A stretch of DNA of 64,000 nt from Takakia lepidozioides (Eukaryota; Plantae; Bryophyta), in contig CM060732.1 of NCBI GenBank assembly GCA_030704615.1, positions 21,328,001 to 21,392,000 of the forward strand, in the 5' to 3' direction. Below, in pieces: positions 1 through 12,939 of the stretch. The notes beneath the pieces are model-generated. The model did not search any database. It was not told the origin of the DNA and saw only the letters and a list, made by a program, of their open reading frames with translations. Numbering within the stretch: position 1 is the first letter of the stretch; each line of letters starts with the position of its first letter. The position numbers and the translations under genes were made by a program.

Positions 1-1202
1 ATGCAGTGCGGGCCTTGTTCGACTTCCCGTAACCACGCTTATAAATAAGCTCCTTCACGCTCTTCATGTTAGGGTAACTGCACTCACAACAAATTGAAGA
101 GAAGTGAATAGTGTTATCAGCTATCAACTACTTTTGATCCAACTGAAATCATGACATTCTGTTTGAGCGAGACGAAGAATCACAAGATTTCTTACCCATA
201 TGTGACATAAGGTTCAACCCTGCGCAACATGTTCACGGTGGCCTTGTTGACTTTCATGAACACCCCATTGAAAATCTGTCACCAATCAAACCATGCGTGA
301 GGGCAGTTGGACAATCGAACACAACCGTGGAGGGCGCAATTCAATGCTGAACGAAGGAAGACTCTTCTACATATTGATCATACGTCCATCCACACTAAAC
401 CCTAAGCAAGTGTGTGCAAGCAAAAAAAGATGTGTTTTGCCTCACCTGCCTTAGCCGAAGAAGCTGCAAAATTTTCCGGGTCTTGGGGTGCATGTCATTG
501 ATACTGCATCCAAACAACCAAGCTAATTAGTCCAAGCCACTTGACAGAGAATACCGGCATGTGATAAAACAACACCACCACCACCTGTGTGAGAAGCCTT
601 AGGCCGCACCTTGCAGTAGCCCTGATAGGCTGTGATAATACAAAATACTAACTACCGCAACTCGCAAATGGCCGAGCCAACATGCAAAGGGTTCTCTGAG
701 GATACAAGGACGAGAAGGGAATGGTGGGACATGCAAAACAGTAACACTACGAACGCATATTGGAAAGCACATACCCCCGAATTCTGATGACAAACATAAG
801 CTTGGCCTCAGATTCGACGTAGAACCCACCCTTCAACTTCGCCTCCCGCTTCAGTCTGATCAAGTCTGCCTCCTGCATCTCAAATGTCACATTACAAAAG
901 GCACTAGATGCATATTCACACAGGCTTCGCATGGCAGAGCGATCCACGCCCACATCCCCTGTTCAATGCCTACCAGGAAAACTTGGTAAGTTGATTTTCC
1001 CTAAACCTGAACACACCTGCGCCCTGTACTCCTTGATGTACAGCTCCGCCCGCTTGAAGATAACCTGCCGATTCTTGGCATTCTTCGCCTTGGATGCCTC
1101 GAGCTGCTCCTTCCTGTTAGCAGCCCACAGCTCGTCGCGCTTGCGCTTCTTGAGCAGCGACTCTGGCACACTGGGGGCGGGCGCCTCTGCCTCGCTGCTC
1201 AT
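1..1202 (-). CDS. RPL7: 60S ribosomal protein L7 (uL30), 3' end runs off the window
   Basis: Exons 1202-1017, 872-775, 503-446, 275-196, 77-<1, all GT-AG and in phase. Translation [11 protein letters not shown]...[12 protein letters not shown]...[44 protein letters not shown]...[27 protein letters not shown] is classic RPL7. Confidence 0.96.
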
Positions 1203-2865
1203 CTTGCTCCGATCTCTCTCTCTCTCTCACACAAATCCCTCACAGATCTTCCAAGCGCAGCAGCAGCACACGACGCTGTGGACAAAAGGAACCTCTCTGC
1301 AGGGGCCGCTGCGTTTCTTCCCTCCCCACATCTCTTGCCCTAATTTCTACAAACACTGACCGTTAGATGGATAGCATCCACGCCCTCAACTTGAGTGCAT
1401 CTGAACCGTCAGATCTCAAGAATTACATTATCACCATAATAATATGCAATTGTTTCTTTATCCACCACAGTTGGATCGAGCACTGAGTTGCCCAACACCT
1501 GAGGAGGTAGCAGGATTTGAACCCAGAATTACCGGTATGATCTCCCTTGTGTGTCTTTTTCTCGTTCCACTCTTATGCTTTTGGCAATGACCATCTTGCC
1601 GCAGCAGTTAACGCTGCAGTTGGAGTCAGTCAGACACCCCACTTATAGTATTGAGCTCAAGGTAGTGAGTGGGTCGTGAGCTAGAAGGGATGATCCACAC
1701 AGGGGCACCCATATGAATCATGGCTTTAAGCACTGTAATAAAGGAGGCTACACCTGGAGAGTATGGTGAGACCTACAAAAACTACGTTTATGACAGTATC
1801 AGGAGAGAAAGTGAAGTCTTTGGGAGTTATGCGAAAGCTGCTCATTCTGGTTGGGCAACCAGAAGTGAGTACAGACATTTTTATCAATGAATCAGACAGC
1901 TTTGAGATGATTGACCAAGAATGATGGCATAGAGATTATTCTTGGATCCCACAATTTTACCATTTCAATTCCCCATCTTGGATGACCAAGGGAAAATGTT
2001 GACTTTGAATCTGAGAAGGTGAACCTAAAGGCTTGGGAAGCTGCCTCCTGGGTCTCCAAAACAATAGAGGAATCTTCCTTTAGCACGCAACGCTGCCTCA
2101 GCTCACCAGGTCTACCCCAATTCCTAATCAAACGTTCGGTCTACTTTTTTCCCCGGAAAGTGAACCAAGATTCTGCATTCTTCCATACTAGAAACCCGTT
2201 TGTTAAGACCTTGGATATCCATAGCAGGGGTAATCCTTGTTCATGGCCTCCTGAATCAGCATTGCATTCTCCAGTCCGTCTTCTGTGTTAAGGCTGAGAG
2301 GGCCGACCCCAGTGGATCCAGTTGCATGGAGTGGGCACCTTCTTCTGTGTAGGAACACTGAGAGGGAGATACAGTCCTAGAGGTGAAGGGGAGAGAACTC
2401 TCTCTGACCTGCCTTGAGCCAGAAGCACCAGCCATTGACTCTGCTTGGTGTGCCAAGAAAAAGCCTTTGCCGGAGGAAGGTTTCGACCTGTTGTTCACTG
2501 GGGGCTCGGAGAAGTTCCTGTTGATGCGGTTCCAGGCCTGACCCCTGAGGCGTAGATGAGCCTTACTATTAGGACCCTTTGCAGAAGCTGAATGCAGAGT
2601 ACAGCTGGGTGACAAGAGCTAGGAACAATCAGGATCACTAGGAATGGTGAATTGCTCGTAAAATATTGCGGATAGGCCTGGGAGGGGAGCTCACAGGGAA
2701 TGGGGAATTTGTGGTTAACTGAGCTTCATATAGGTTCGCTTGCCCGAGGAGAGGTTGGCGGCAAGAGGCCGATCAAACTCCATGGTGGCAGAGAAGATTG
2801 GCCATTCTCAAGAAGGTGGCGGCAGCATAGATTGGATAGGGGCAGGGATTAAAAACCTTCATCCC

Positions 2866-5800
2866 TCAAAGCTTGTTGTAGAAGCTGAGTTTTCTGTTGA
2901 CCTCTGCTAATCGTGCAATCATTAATTGCCATTCTTCATATTTCTTGTTGAACTTGAGAAGCCAATCAGGTGCTCCTCCCTGAGTCAGCAGTGCGGTCCC
3001 TTCCTGCACCATCAAAAATCCGGTCTTCACCTCAGGTGGGACTGATAATTCCTCCAGTCTTCTGGTTGCAGTAAGGTCCATGTCCATTGAGTCCAAGTCC
3101 AACCCTGCGGACCTCTTCTCCAACAGGCGCTCCTCGGTATCTTGGAGGAGAGCCTGGAATTAACTGCTCTGTTGCATTTTGAACTCAACCCGCAGTGATT
3201 CCAGCTCACTGTCTGTCATGGCCAGCGAGTGTATTGCACCCTCCTTCTCCAAAAACCTCTTGAGAGCATTCATGAAGATGTCTTGACCACTCTCAGTGCT
3301 TTCATAGATGTTAGATGCCAGACCAGCACCTGAAGGCACGAAACGCCAGAGCTCATTAAAAGACGAGTGCTCTGCAAAGTTGCCAAATGAGGCCAGGGCT
3401 GCATGGATAAGAGCCCAGTGCCGCTCCCTCAATACCACATGATACAGATCCCAAAGGGCTTGGGTTGCTGGATTGCCTGGGTCCTCAGGAATGTCAAACG
3501 TACTCAAGCTAGCAAGAAATTCTGCAAGAGCTGGCTTCAATGCCTTGGCTCCTTATAAGGTGCTGACATGGCCAGATCTCGAATCTTTATGAGAAGATTT
3601 TCAAGTGTCTTTGGGCATGCCTTCTGTTGTAACAAGAAGCAGCTGATGTGCAGGATGGGGATGATGTTGTGTACACTGCAGTATGGATGGCTGCCTCCGG
3701 TTTCTTGTGTAATTGCATCAAGGGTCAGTTTCTTTGATCTCTTGAGTCTTCTTGGCATCAAGCATTCGACCCTCCTTACTGAATTAAACAAAACCCCCCG
3801 TTAGATAGCATAAGATTTTGCAGGAAAGTAAGCCTTTTCCCTGGTAATGGACTGTATATATAAGCAGGAAAAACGTCACATCAACAAGGCAGGCAAGTCT
3901 AGGAGGGACAGGGATGTACCCTTTTTGCCAATGTAGACGAAAATACTTAGGGACTACATCTGCGGGAGGTGGGGGAATGGTGAGGAATAAATCAGCAGTT
4001 GCACTCACCATTGACGAAGAAGCTCAAGTAAACACCACATGGCATCCTCCTTCACAGGAAAAGGACTTAAATCCATGCAATCTATGCTCTCCTTCCTTTG
4101 AGAAAGGCGTCTCCCAGCAGCTAGACAATTTTTTAACAAGCTGATGAAAGAAGGCTTCTGGAGGCTGTCAGGTAGAAGGCTAAAGGAAAAGCCTCCTTCC
4201 AAAAGAGCCGTCGCAACTCTTGCTGACAATGAGGATGTAAAAGGGTCCTTATGCAAGGCAAGGTTGTATAGGTGCGAGGCGATTGCAGAGGGACCAGCTT
4301 GACTGACAGTGCAAACCAACCGAGCGAGTCTCTTAAGTGGCTGCTGTGAAACCTCTCGAGCATCTTGTGATGCCAGAGACTGGAGGAGAGAAAATAACGA
4401 GGAGATGTGTCCTTGAATCAGAGCAAGCTCACTATGCCGTGCAACGAAGCACCAAAGCTCCATGACTAATTCGCCACAGAGAGCACAGGGGTGGAGGGCA
4501 TTCTGGAAGAGAAATTGCTCAATCTGAACCCACACTTCACTGGAGGAGGCAGCGACAGCAGCAAAGGTCTCCAGTGCTCGTAATGTCCAAACATACATCA
4601 GCTGCCATTGTGTCTTCAAAGACGAACGGGGGCTACTTGCAGGGTAAACTTGAAGTTGTAAAATTGAGACGTACATCCCCTCTTCCGCCACTGCTCCTAG
4701 TAACCAATCAAGCCTCTTTGCGAGTTCCAACAGAACATCTGCCCCGTAATCCGTAGAACTCTGCAATAGGTTCAGAAACAGCACCACATGGCCCGCTCTG
4801 AAAAGCATTCCTTCCTGAGCTCTTTCATCCCCACAAGGAAGTATATCATTTGGTTCTTGCTCTTTAAAACCTGAGTTCAGTTGTTCAACAGTTGGCATGT
4901 CCTCGCCATTTGTCACTATGCCTTGCAAGAGCTCGACCTTGAACTTGATGCTGATGTCAGAGTTGAGTAAGCAATGAAGAGAACTAAAGGCCGTTGGTGC
5001 TACGACTTCATGGAGGATCTCCACAGCTGTTTGAGGCATGGCAGGGTCAACGCTAGGTGCAAGCTGCAGCGCCAAGACCTTTGAGACACAAGCTATCATG
5101 CTTTTACTGACAGCAACTGCTTGCTGGGGGTAGCAGCGAGACACACCTCCAGCATTGGAGAGAAAGAATTTAACTAAAACACACAGTTTCCTATAGTTGT
5201 CATCTCTTGGGGTAGAGGCAATTGCCACGGTGCTTGGAGATTGTGAATACCCTGTCTCAGCAGCTTGCTTCAATGACTGTGCAGCATGAGAAATCAAAGA
5301 CGTGATGAGCCCCTGAATATCCACCATTGTCGCAATCAACATGCGACCTTCTTCAGCCTGTGATAACAGAGCAACAATGCTTCTCCAACAAAGATTTAGC
5401 AAAGCAAAGTTCTTATCACCAATAACATGAAGTTGTCCCCATGCTACCCTTGCCGATTGTGTCCCCATCTCCTGGAGAATTTGTATTGCAGATGCCACAA
5501 TCTGAAGAGCCTCTGGCACTACCTGACCATTGGAGTGTTGTGGATCGACCCTTGTTGTGCTCGGAAGGAATTTTGTTAACAGCCGAAGGGCTGATCCGAG
5601 CAGCTCCACACCTGCCTTGTGCATTTCAACTGCTTGAAGGTCGCTTCTCTGCAATCAGACAAGGAAGGGATCATCCAAATCAAAACTTCCCTAGCTGACG
5701 ATCTGTTGTTATTGGATCACATGTATATGTCAAAGCCAAAAAACATGCATTCTTCACCATATAGTTAAAGGCCTGACCAGAGGACATCTGTGCACACCTT

Positions 5801-7888
5801 ATCTACCTATATTTGATACAGTAAGAGAAAAGCATGAGGGCAAATCACTAGCAGCAGCCACACAAGATGGCTAGTGCAAGGTCCTTGAATGCAAACCACA
5901 ACTGTGTGACAAGTCAGTAGAATCACCCAAGCTTACAACCAACTCTTCCAGCCAAGCTGGATCTGGTCCTTACAGACTGAACAAGATTCCCCGAGTCCAA
6001 CTAGAATGCCTCTTAACAGTTCAAAAGCCTAGAGCTGCATTTGCCATCAGTTCACATCATGAGTCATTGAAGCACTAACTCACAATACTTGACCCATTCT
6101 ACTGCAGAATATGGAGTTCCTTAGGGAACTGCAACCTACCTCCATACTTGAGAAACAGAGCACATTGATGAGATTAAATGTCTCCTTGATGAAAACTTCC
6201 ACAGATAGTAGAAATGGCTTCTCCAGCATGTACGAGCACCCCAATGCTGTGGCAAAGGTGGTTGAAGCAAGAGCAATAGTCTCCAAAAGTAACTGGGACA
6301 ACAAGCATCCGACAGGCCGTAGATGAGAAAAACAAGGGCATATGTAGCTCTCTACAACATTTAACTGCGATATGCACAAGCCAGCATCACTACCAAGGTC
6401 AGATACCGTGAGTACCTTCCAATACTGTGGCCAAATGTCATTTGCTAAGTCTGTTGATTTGATCTTACTGTGACTGCAAATGTAGCAATATAACATTTCA
6501 GTAACCTAAATTGAACTCCTGTCCACAATTTGTGGTTTCTGTATTTCCTCGTAAACCTATTTTCAGTACCTTGGCAAGAACGTTATGCCCTGGCCCCTGG
6601 GTATTGCTTTCTGAAACTGCCTTTTCAGAGATGCACTTTCCACACCAGCCACATGCCTGAGCATAATGAACATAGTCAGTATTTCTATTCAACTTTGTCA
6701 ACTCCCCGCCCAGCCCAGGTCCTCTCCCTTTGTTAAGGCATGTGGTGTCTCACCTTTTTGTGTTGTGAAGAAACAGGGAAAGACCCCAGATCTTTTTCTC
6801 ACGCTGAACCTTTCAAAAGCAGAAGTGAGCATCAATTAGCAGCTTTGACAGCAAGCTACCTTAGTGGCAAGCTGAATGTACAGCCTGAAAGTTTGAGGCT
6901 CCGTTTGAGAGGATGGCAGCCTTGAGCAGGCAATTCGACTGATATTTGTTCGCCATTTGCAGTCCCGAATAGTTGAATCTTGATCTTCTTGCCAGCAGGC
7001 CTATCCAGCAGTCAAGAATTCCACCTGAAGCTCTACCGCATCTTCCACAAGGATCTTACAATAACTTCTGCATAAGAAACAGTTCCTATTACAGTCCTCC
7101 CTTACTCTTTCAACAACTCACCTACCCACCATGGGTAAGACATAATGTGGGGATACTCTCAGTGCTTCAGCAATGTGAAGCTGATCCAAGCTGCTCGCAA
7201 ATGACGAGGTAGCCAACTTATCGAGCACCTTGATGCGATCTTCCAAAACCTGCAGCCGCAGCGTAGTAGTGCATTTGGACTCAAGGCTTTGATGCGCAAA
7301 AAGGTCAACCTCTCTGGGGATCCTAGGGCTGATATGTCATGCATGCAAATGGGAACAGTAGACAAAGTTTCAGAGCATCCAGTCTAGATATATATATCTG
7401 TATACATCCAAGCGCAATCTCCAGTAGAGATCGCATGCTTACAAAGGCTTCAAGTGCCATACTTGCCTTGCAAGAATGATGGAAGAGTGAAATTTCGACC
7501 TATTTGACTTGGTCCTTGCCACCATTCTCCCAGCATAAAGACGAAAAGGTGGAAGAGGAAGAATTGCTGACACAAAAAGCATTGACTTCACAGTCTTACG
7601 TGTATGTACAAGGACAGGATATCAATTTTTCTTGGCGCTCGGAGTGAGCTGGTGCATAAGATGGAGAAGAAACATCACAGACCAGTGAACCAGTCGATGA
7701 ATTACTTCGGCATGTCACACAAATTCTGATATAAACTTCTTTCAACACACTGACGTAGCTATCATCTCGGCCAGTCAGGACGAAAGGCTGATACTTGCCT
7801 GCGAGGTTTTCAGCACTTCAAGCAAATGCGCGAGATTGTCCTTTGCTGAATTTTTAGAAGTTCCACCGTCAACAGGACATTTAGACAT
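2866..7888 (-). CDS. FLIP: FIDGETIN-LIKE1 interacting protein (FLIP/FIRRM/C1orf112, DUF4487) homolog; last exon disrupted
   Basis: Exons 7888-7799 (GC donor), 7249-7157, 7000-6860, 6656-6570, 6292-6140, 5648-4009, 3778-2866. The motif LWDLYHVVLRERHWALIHAALASFGNFA...LWRFVP...FMNALKRFLEKE matches the plant FLIP C-terminus as I recall it. Exons 1-6 are open. Exon 7 has a +1 indel near 3730, a -1 indel near 3552 and an in-frame TAA at 3160-3162. Confidence 0.85.
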
Positions 7889-8399
7889 CTGAATGGTCGA
7901 CTTATCCTGCGAAAAGAAACTCAGCTGGACATCGCAGACTAGGAATGATAAAAGATAGTACCCAATGTGAACTAAAAAACAATCTGCTTAGAGACAATTC
8001 TGTCACCGCTTCGCTCATATCACACGAATTGGATTTAATAGGAGGAGGTTCTGGTGAGAGAAACCAACGAGCTGCAACAGAAAATCTCTCACTTCATAGC
8101 ATAACAACGAATCTTTGGACACGGAAAGATCTTTCCACTCAATTAGGAGACGTAATTTATGTCAATCTTCCTTCAAACCATCATAACGCAACCAAATTGG
8201 AGCTCAACAGGCATCACCCGCCCCACTACTCGAATTAAAAACACGTCACGATGCAGAAGAAAATGAGTAAACGAAAGAGACGATCCGTGAGAAGCAGCAC
8301 ATCTACGACACACCCTCATCTCCTTCACACAGCCCGCGGGTCGCACTTGGCGGGAAACAGATGATAGATGGATGGATAAATCGATCATATTTTACATCC

Positions 8400-8811
8400 G
8401 TTGATCTCTTTCATCGTGTGGTTCTGAACACAACGGGGCCATTGCCTGAAACCTCTCATGGGAACAAGTATGTTTTGGTGGCAATTGACCACTATTCGAA
8501 GTGGGTGGAAGGTGCCACCTGTAGCTGATCATTCAGCACTTCTCATAGCTAGATTTTTGGAAGAAGAGATTATTAGCAGGTATGGATGTCCTCGTTTCAT
8601 TCTCACTGACAATGGCACTGAGTAGAAGGCTGAATTTGAGCAAGTGTGCACAATGTATGATATAAAAAGGGAGCACAGTGCCCCCTACTGGCCATAGTGC
8701 AAATGTATGCTGGAGAGAATAATCAAATCTCTAAAGATGAGTATCACCACTTTGGGGGTTGAAAACAGCTCTGATTGGGATAACAACTTGTACCGTGCAC
8801 TCATGGGATAC
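8400..8811 (+). mobile_element. Ty3/Gypsy integrase core (rve) pseudogene, 5' half
   Basis: Translates with stops and a frameshift to GPLPETSHGNKYVLVAIDHYSKWVE...FLEEEIISRYGCPRFILTDNGTE...MLERIIKSLK...WDNNLYRALMGY. Confidence 0.85.
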
Positions 8812-8815
8812 ACTC

Positions 8816-8870
8816 GGGGAGGGAGGGGGACGGGGAGGGGGCGGGAGGGGGGGGGCAGGCGGGGAGGGGG
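8816..8870 (+). repeat. G-rich tract with G-quadruplex potential
   Basis: About 55 nt made almost entirely of G3-G9 runs. Confidence 0.7.
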
Positions 8871-9030
8871 TCACTCCCAAAAATGTAACACGGTACCTAC
8901 ACACAAATGTTTGTACTGGAAAAGGCCTTTTAAAAGCATACAGTTACATAGATATAAATACATAAAGGGGGTTAGTTTTTCAACAAATTACAACTTACAG
9001 ATGGGGGTATAATATTATAATCACAATACT

Positions 9031-9265
9031 TCTTTTTCTTTTTTTTAAATGGAAACACCTGGGAGCGACAGCTCACAAATCAGGCCCCTTGATAGAGAGA
9101 GGAGAAAATAACCTCTTAGTAACCTCGCCGTAAGGCTTTCAGATGCGACACCGCGCAGGGAAGGGGGAACAGAGCGTACCACACCCGTCAAGTAGCAGGA
9201 TTTGACCCAAGGGTCATCCGGATGGCACTCGGTGCACTTTACCAACTGAGCTACTAACTGTTGGT
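9031..9265 (-). mobile_element. tRNA-derived SINE
   Basis: Minus strand has A-box TAGCTCAGTTGG, B-box-like GGGTCAAATCC, a non-tRNA body and an A-rich tail. 8-bp TSD ACAATACT at 9023-9030 and 9266-9273. Confidence 0.85.
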
Positions 9266-10299
9266 ACAATACTAGCTTGTTAACCAATTTGATTGGGTAT
9301 TTCATCTCATATCCTTATGCATATGTGTGACGAATTATGAGTCGATAACAAGATTGCTAAGCAATCTGATTGGGTTTTAGTGAATGGGTAGGATTGAGTT
9401 AGGTTTTGGTCTCCAGGGTGGCGGCGAGAGGAGAGAGGTCTTTCTAGCATTCTATTTGCGATTTCCCTTGTGCTAAGAGGGGCGATGAGGGAACTGGAAG
9501 TTCTAGTCAGTGGTGTATTTTAGTTTATGTTAGTTTGGGATGACAAGGAGGCAACGAGGAGAGAAGACGGTGAAGAGGCAACAAGCTGGAGAAGAGACGG
9601 CGTTGGCACGCCCATGAGAGGCAACCAGAAGAAGAGATGGTGAAGAGGCAACGAGGAGAAGAGACGACGGTGGCACGCCCATGACTAAGGTAGTTTTTCC
9701 TCTTTCTTAAAATACTTGTACTTATACAGTGATCTATAGATAGAGTAGATTGTGAGAAGGAAAAGAGGGGGAAGGAGAGAGAAGAGCTAGAACTATTGGG
9801 GTATGGAAAAAAATAGGATATCTTGTACGCAGGTCTAAAGTTGTGAAGGTCGATAGAGAGGTTATTGGAATGAGGCGACCAGCGATCGACAAGGAGTGGA
9901 ACGAAGCGATTAGTTATCGACAAGGCGTTCTAGCCTCGAGCGAGCTTCCTTCCCAGGGTGCCTTTGTGAATGTACGAGCTCTTTCCATGAGCTCTTTTCA
10001 TGTAATAGATCATAATTTTGCTTCTGTGTCAGAAATTAGCACGTGATACATCTAGGCATCACGCATGTCCAATGACGTCTGAAATGCCTTATTAAAGTGC
10101 ACTGATTTTGCACTGATTTTCTAAGCTCACCAAAGATGACAATCAGATAACCTAGTTCGAGACAGATCAAATGATCTTCCTTTTACATACGAGGATTAAC
10201 CGGTGGACATGATTGAGAAGTACCATAATTCTTCATACAGTGTTCAAGAATCACGGACGAACCGCACCAATATCAAATTCATGATTGCTACGTTATAGT

Positions 10300-11394
10300 T
10301 CGTGATCTAGACTGATAAACAGGTTTTGATGGAATCTTTGGCTGGACAGGGAAGGTTGCAGACGATTTCACGCAAGATATTGCGGTGGATCGGATCAGTA
10401 TCACCGCTATCAGGCATGCTCCCACATTGAACATGACTGCCTACGTGAAATGACCGGGGTTCCTAGCACTGTCAATTATTCTTCTATTATCTTTTGGACA
10501 CCTAGCTTAAACATGCAATTTTGTCCGTTAATAACTTTGGCTTACATGTGAGAACTTGAATAGCAATGTTGCAAATTGTCTTTACTTAACGCAATACTTG
10601 CGAATGTCCTCGAGACTCATGTACAGGAGGATGTTACGCTCGCACATGAAGACAATGGGACTGGATACATATCGCTTCGCAATATCTTGGTCCCGTATTT
10701 TTCCAAGTATGTAGATCTACGCTGTAAGCTTCAATTGAATTTTGTCATGTGCTACATACTAGGAATCAGACTTTGGAGGCACTGGATCCATATTTATTAA
10801 CTATGTCTGGGCTATATGAAAGTTCTGAAATTTCTCAAGCTGGCTCGTGATCCAGACTGATGAACAGTTATGATGGAATCTTTGGCTGAGCAGGGAAAGT
10901 TGCAGACGATTTCACGCGGGATGTTGCAGTGGATCGGATCAGTATCACCACTATCAGGCATGCTCCTACATTGAACATGACTGTCTACCTGAAATGACTG
11001 GAGTTCCTAGCACTGTCAACATTCTTCTATTTTCTTCTGTACACCTAGTTTGAACATGCAATTTTGTCCATCAATAACTTTGGCTTACATGTGAGAACTT
11101 GAATAACAACCTTGCAAATTGCCTTTACTTATTGAACACAGTATGTGTGAATGTCCTCGAGACTCATGTACAGGAGGATGTTACGCTCGCACGTGAAGAC
11201 AATGGGACTGGATGCGTATCGCTTTACAATATCTTGGTCCCGCATTTTTCCAAGTATGTAGATCTACGCTATAAGCTTCAATTGAATTTTGTCATGTGCT
11301 ACATACTAGGAATCAGACTTTGGAGGCTTTGGATCCATACATGTATTAACTATGTTTCGGCTCTATGAAAGTTTTGAAATTTCTCGAGCTGGCT
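10300..11394. repeat. Tandem duplication, 2 x ~545 bp
   Basis: TCGTGATCYAGACTGAT...GAAATTTCTCRAGCTGGCT starts at 10300 and at 10845, with scattered substitutions. Confidence 0.9.
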
Positions 11395-11834
11395 GTAGGC
11401 TGGTTGCATCATCTACCACATGAAGTCAGCGTGTTGGCAAACGGTAAGACGGTCTTATGAACGGTAAGACTGACAACTAACAGGTACAAATTGACATTGA
11501 CACTTCAACAAACAGTGACAGATTAACACTAACGCATTGACACTAATACTAATCCTGACACTAACATTGACACCAACATTAACACTAACCATGATGTGCA
11601 CACTAACATTGATACTGACATTGATAGTATGAGTGCTGGATACTTTAATACACTTGAGTGAGTGCGGGGGTTTGATATTCACCACTATTTTATTTTTTCT
11701 ATTTGTTTGGTGATGTTTGTTACTTGGCTATAGTATATTTTGTTGATATAATGATATCTGTTACCCGTATCTATTTTCTTGTATGATATTTCTATATAGC
11801 TTCATTATAAAATATATATTCTGGTAATGAAATC

Positions 11835-12175
11835 CCCCCTCCACAATGGAGTATTCAAGTCAGCTGGCAAGATTACAACATTAAAGAGGTAAGTTCTCAA
11901 TTGTAATATTATATGTATAGTAGTTTTATTTTTCATCTGCAATGAAGGGCTTATGTCTTATGTGTTTAAAGCTTATTGCTATTAAAAAAAAAAAAATCTT
12001 TCTTTGAGCTATAATCTGGAGAGGCTATTTTTTTTTTTTTCTTATGACAGATATTGTTGGGGTTTGTAGAAATGTATTGATGCAGCTGCTCTCCCCCCAC
12101 AGTGGAGTATTCAAGTCGGCTGGCAAGATTACAACATTAAATAAGTAAGTTCTCAAGTGTAATATTATGTGTAGA
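11835..12175. repeat. Direct repeat of ~85 bp (11835-11920 and 12093-12175)
   Basis: TGGAGTATTCAAGTCRGCTGGCAAGATTACAACATTAAA...GTAAGTTCTCAA occurs twice. Confidence 0.8.
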
Positions 12176-12193
12176 AGTTTCAATTTTTCTTCT

Positions 12194-12644
12194 ATGAAGA
12201 ATGGGGCTCTATTTGGGATAGGGAGTGACTGTGCAGTTTGGTATGAATGACCATTACCATCCACTTCGAAGAAAGCAAGAGTGGGAAAGTCCATTTCCAA
12301 AAAAGCAACCGAGACTGCACATTTTTGGTTGGGACGAGTTCAAAGGGTTCGCAAAAATGTAAATCTTTGTAATGTGACACCGAAGTATGTAGAATATAAA
12401 TTAAGAATTGATCTGACAGACAGGCCTACAGGGATTGAGGTCTTTTGTCGATGGTATCAACCCTCACAAAGGGTTCGTATGTATAGATCTATATGACTTG
12501 ACAAATTATACTCCTGTAAATATAGTAAGTGTCATAGCGTTAGCACATTTGACATATAGACCTTCTAGAAATGGTGAATATGAGTTAGACATAGGAGATG
12601 ACCGGATATTTAAGGACTTTGTAAAGGGCAAATGTAAAGCATAA
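12194..12644 (+). pseudogene. Degenerate protein-coding remnant inside the putative transposon
   Basis: LFGIGSDCAVWY*...HFWLGRVQRVRK...YVEYKLRIDLTDRPTGIEVFCRWY, frameshift, YDLTNYTPVNIVSVIALAHLTY... Reads as a globular domain; family not identified. Confidence 0.45.
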
Positions 12645-12939
12645 GATGTGTACATTTATATATACATTCATCCATTCATCATGTATTCAACAATTTAATG
12701 GACACTGAAACAATTCATATGTTTGCAAATGTATTTATATCAAATACATTGTTTGGTGACCATGAGTACAACTCAAAGAAGCTGTAATAAATACATCGGG
12801 GTTGAGAGAACGACTATAATCCAAGAGACGGGCCTACAAGAATTGAGGTTTTTCAGAGGAAGACTATCACTTATTTATTTAGATTTTATGTAGAAGGAAA
12901 GAGAAAAGACTCCGGCCTAAGTCGGCATAACTAGGAGTC

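Noticed and set aside
78-774. Intronic snoRNAs in RPL7
   Set aside because: No convincing box C/D or H/ACA pair on the sense strand.
1355-1415. CCGTTAGAT/CCGTCAGAT motifs upstream of RPL7 and GCCCA site II motifs near 55060-55260
   Set aside because: Plausible promoter elements, but too short to support from sequence alone.
1540-2860. Possible decayed LINE ORF1 on the minus strand
   Set aside because: Coding-like but broken by stops, with no diagnostic motif I can name.
3154-3189. Micro-intron removing the FLIP in-frame stop
   Set aside because: It would be only 36 nt and would delete residues that look homologous.
6860-7067. Apparent stop and frameshift in FLIP exon 3
   Set aside because: These disappear when the TAG acceptor at 7003-7001 is used; exon 7000-6860 is open.
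9170-9265. tRNA gene
   Set aside because: A/B boxes are present, but there is no clean cloverleaf and it has an extra body, A-tail and TSD, so it is a SINE.
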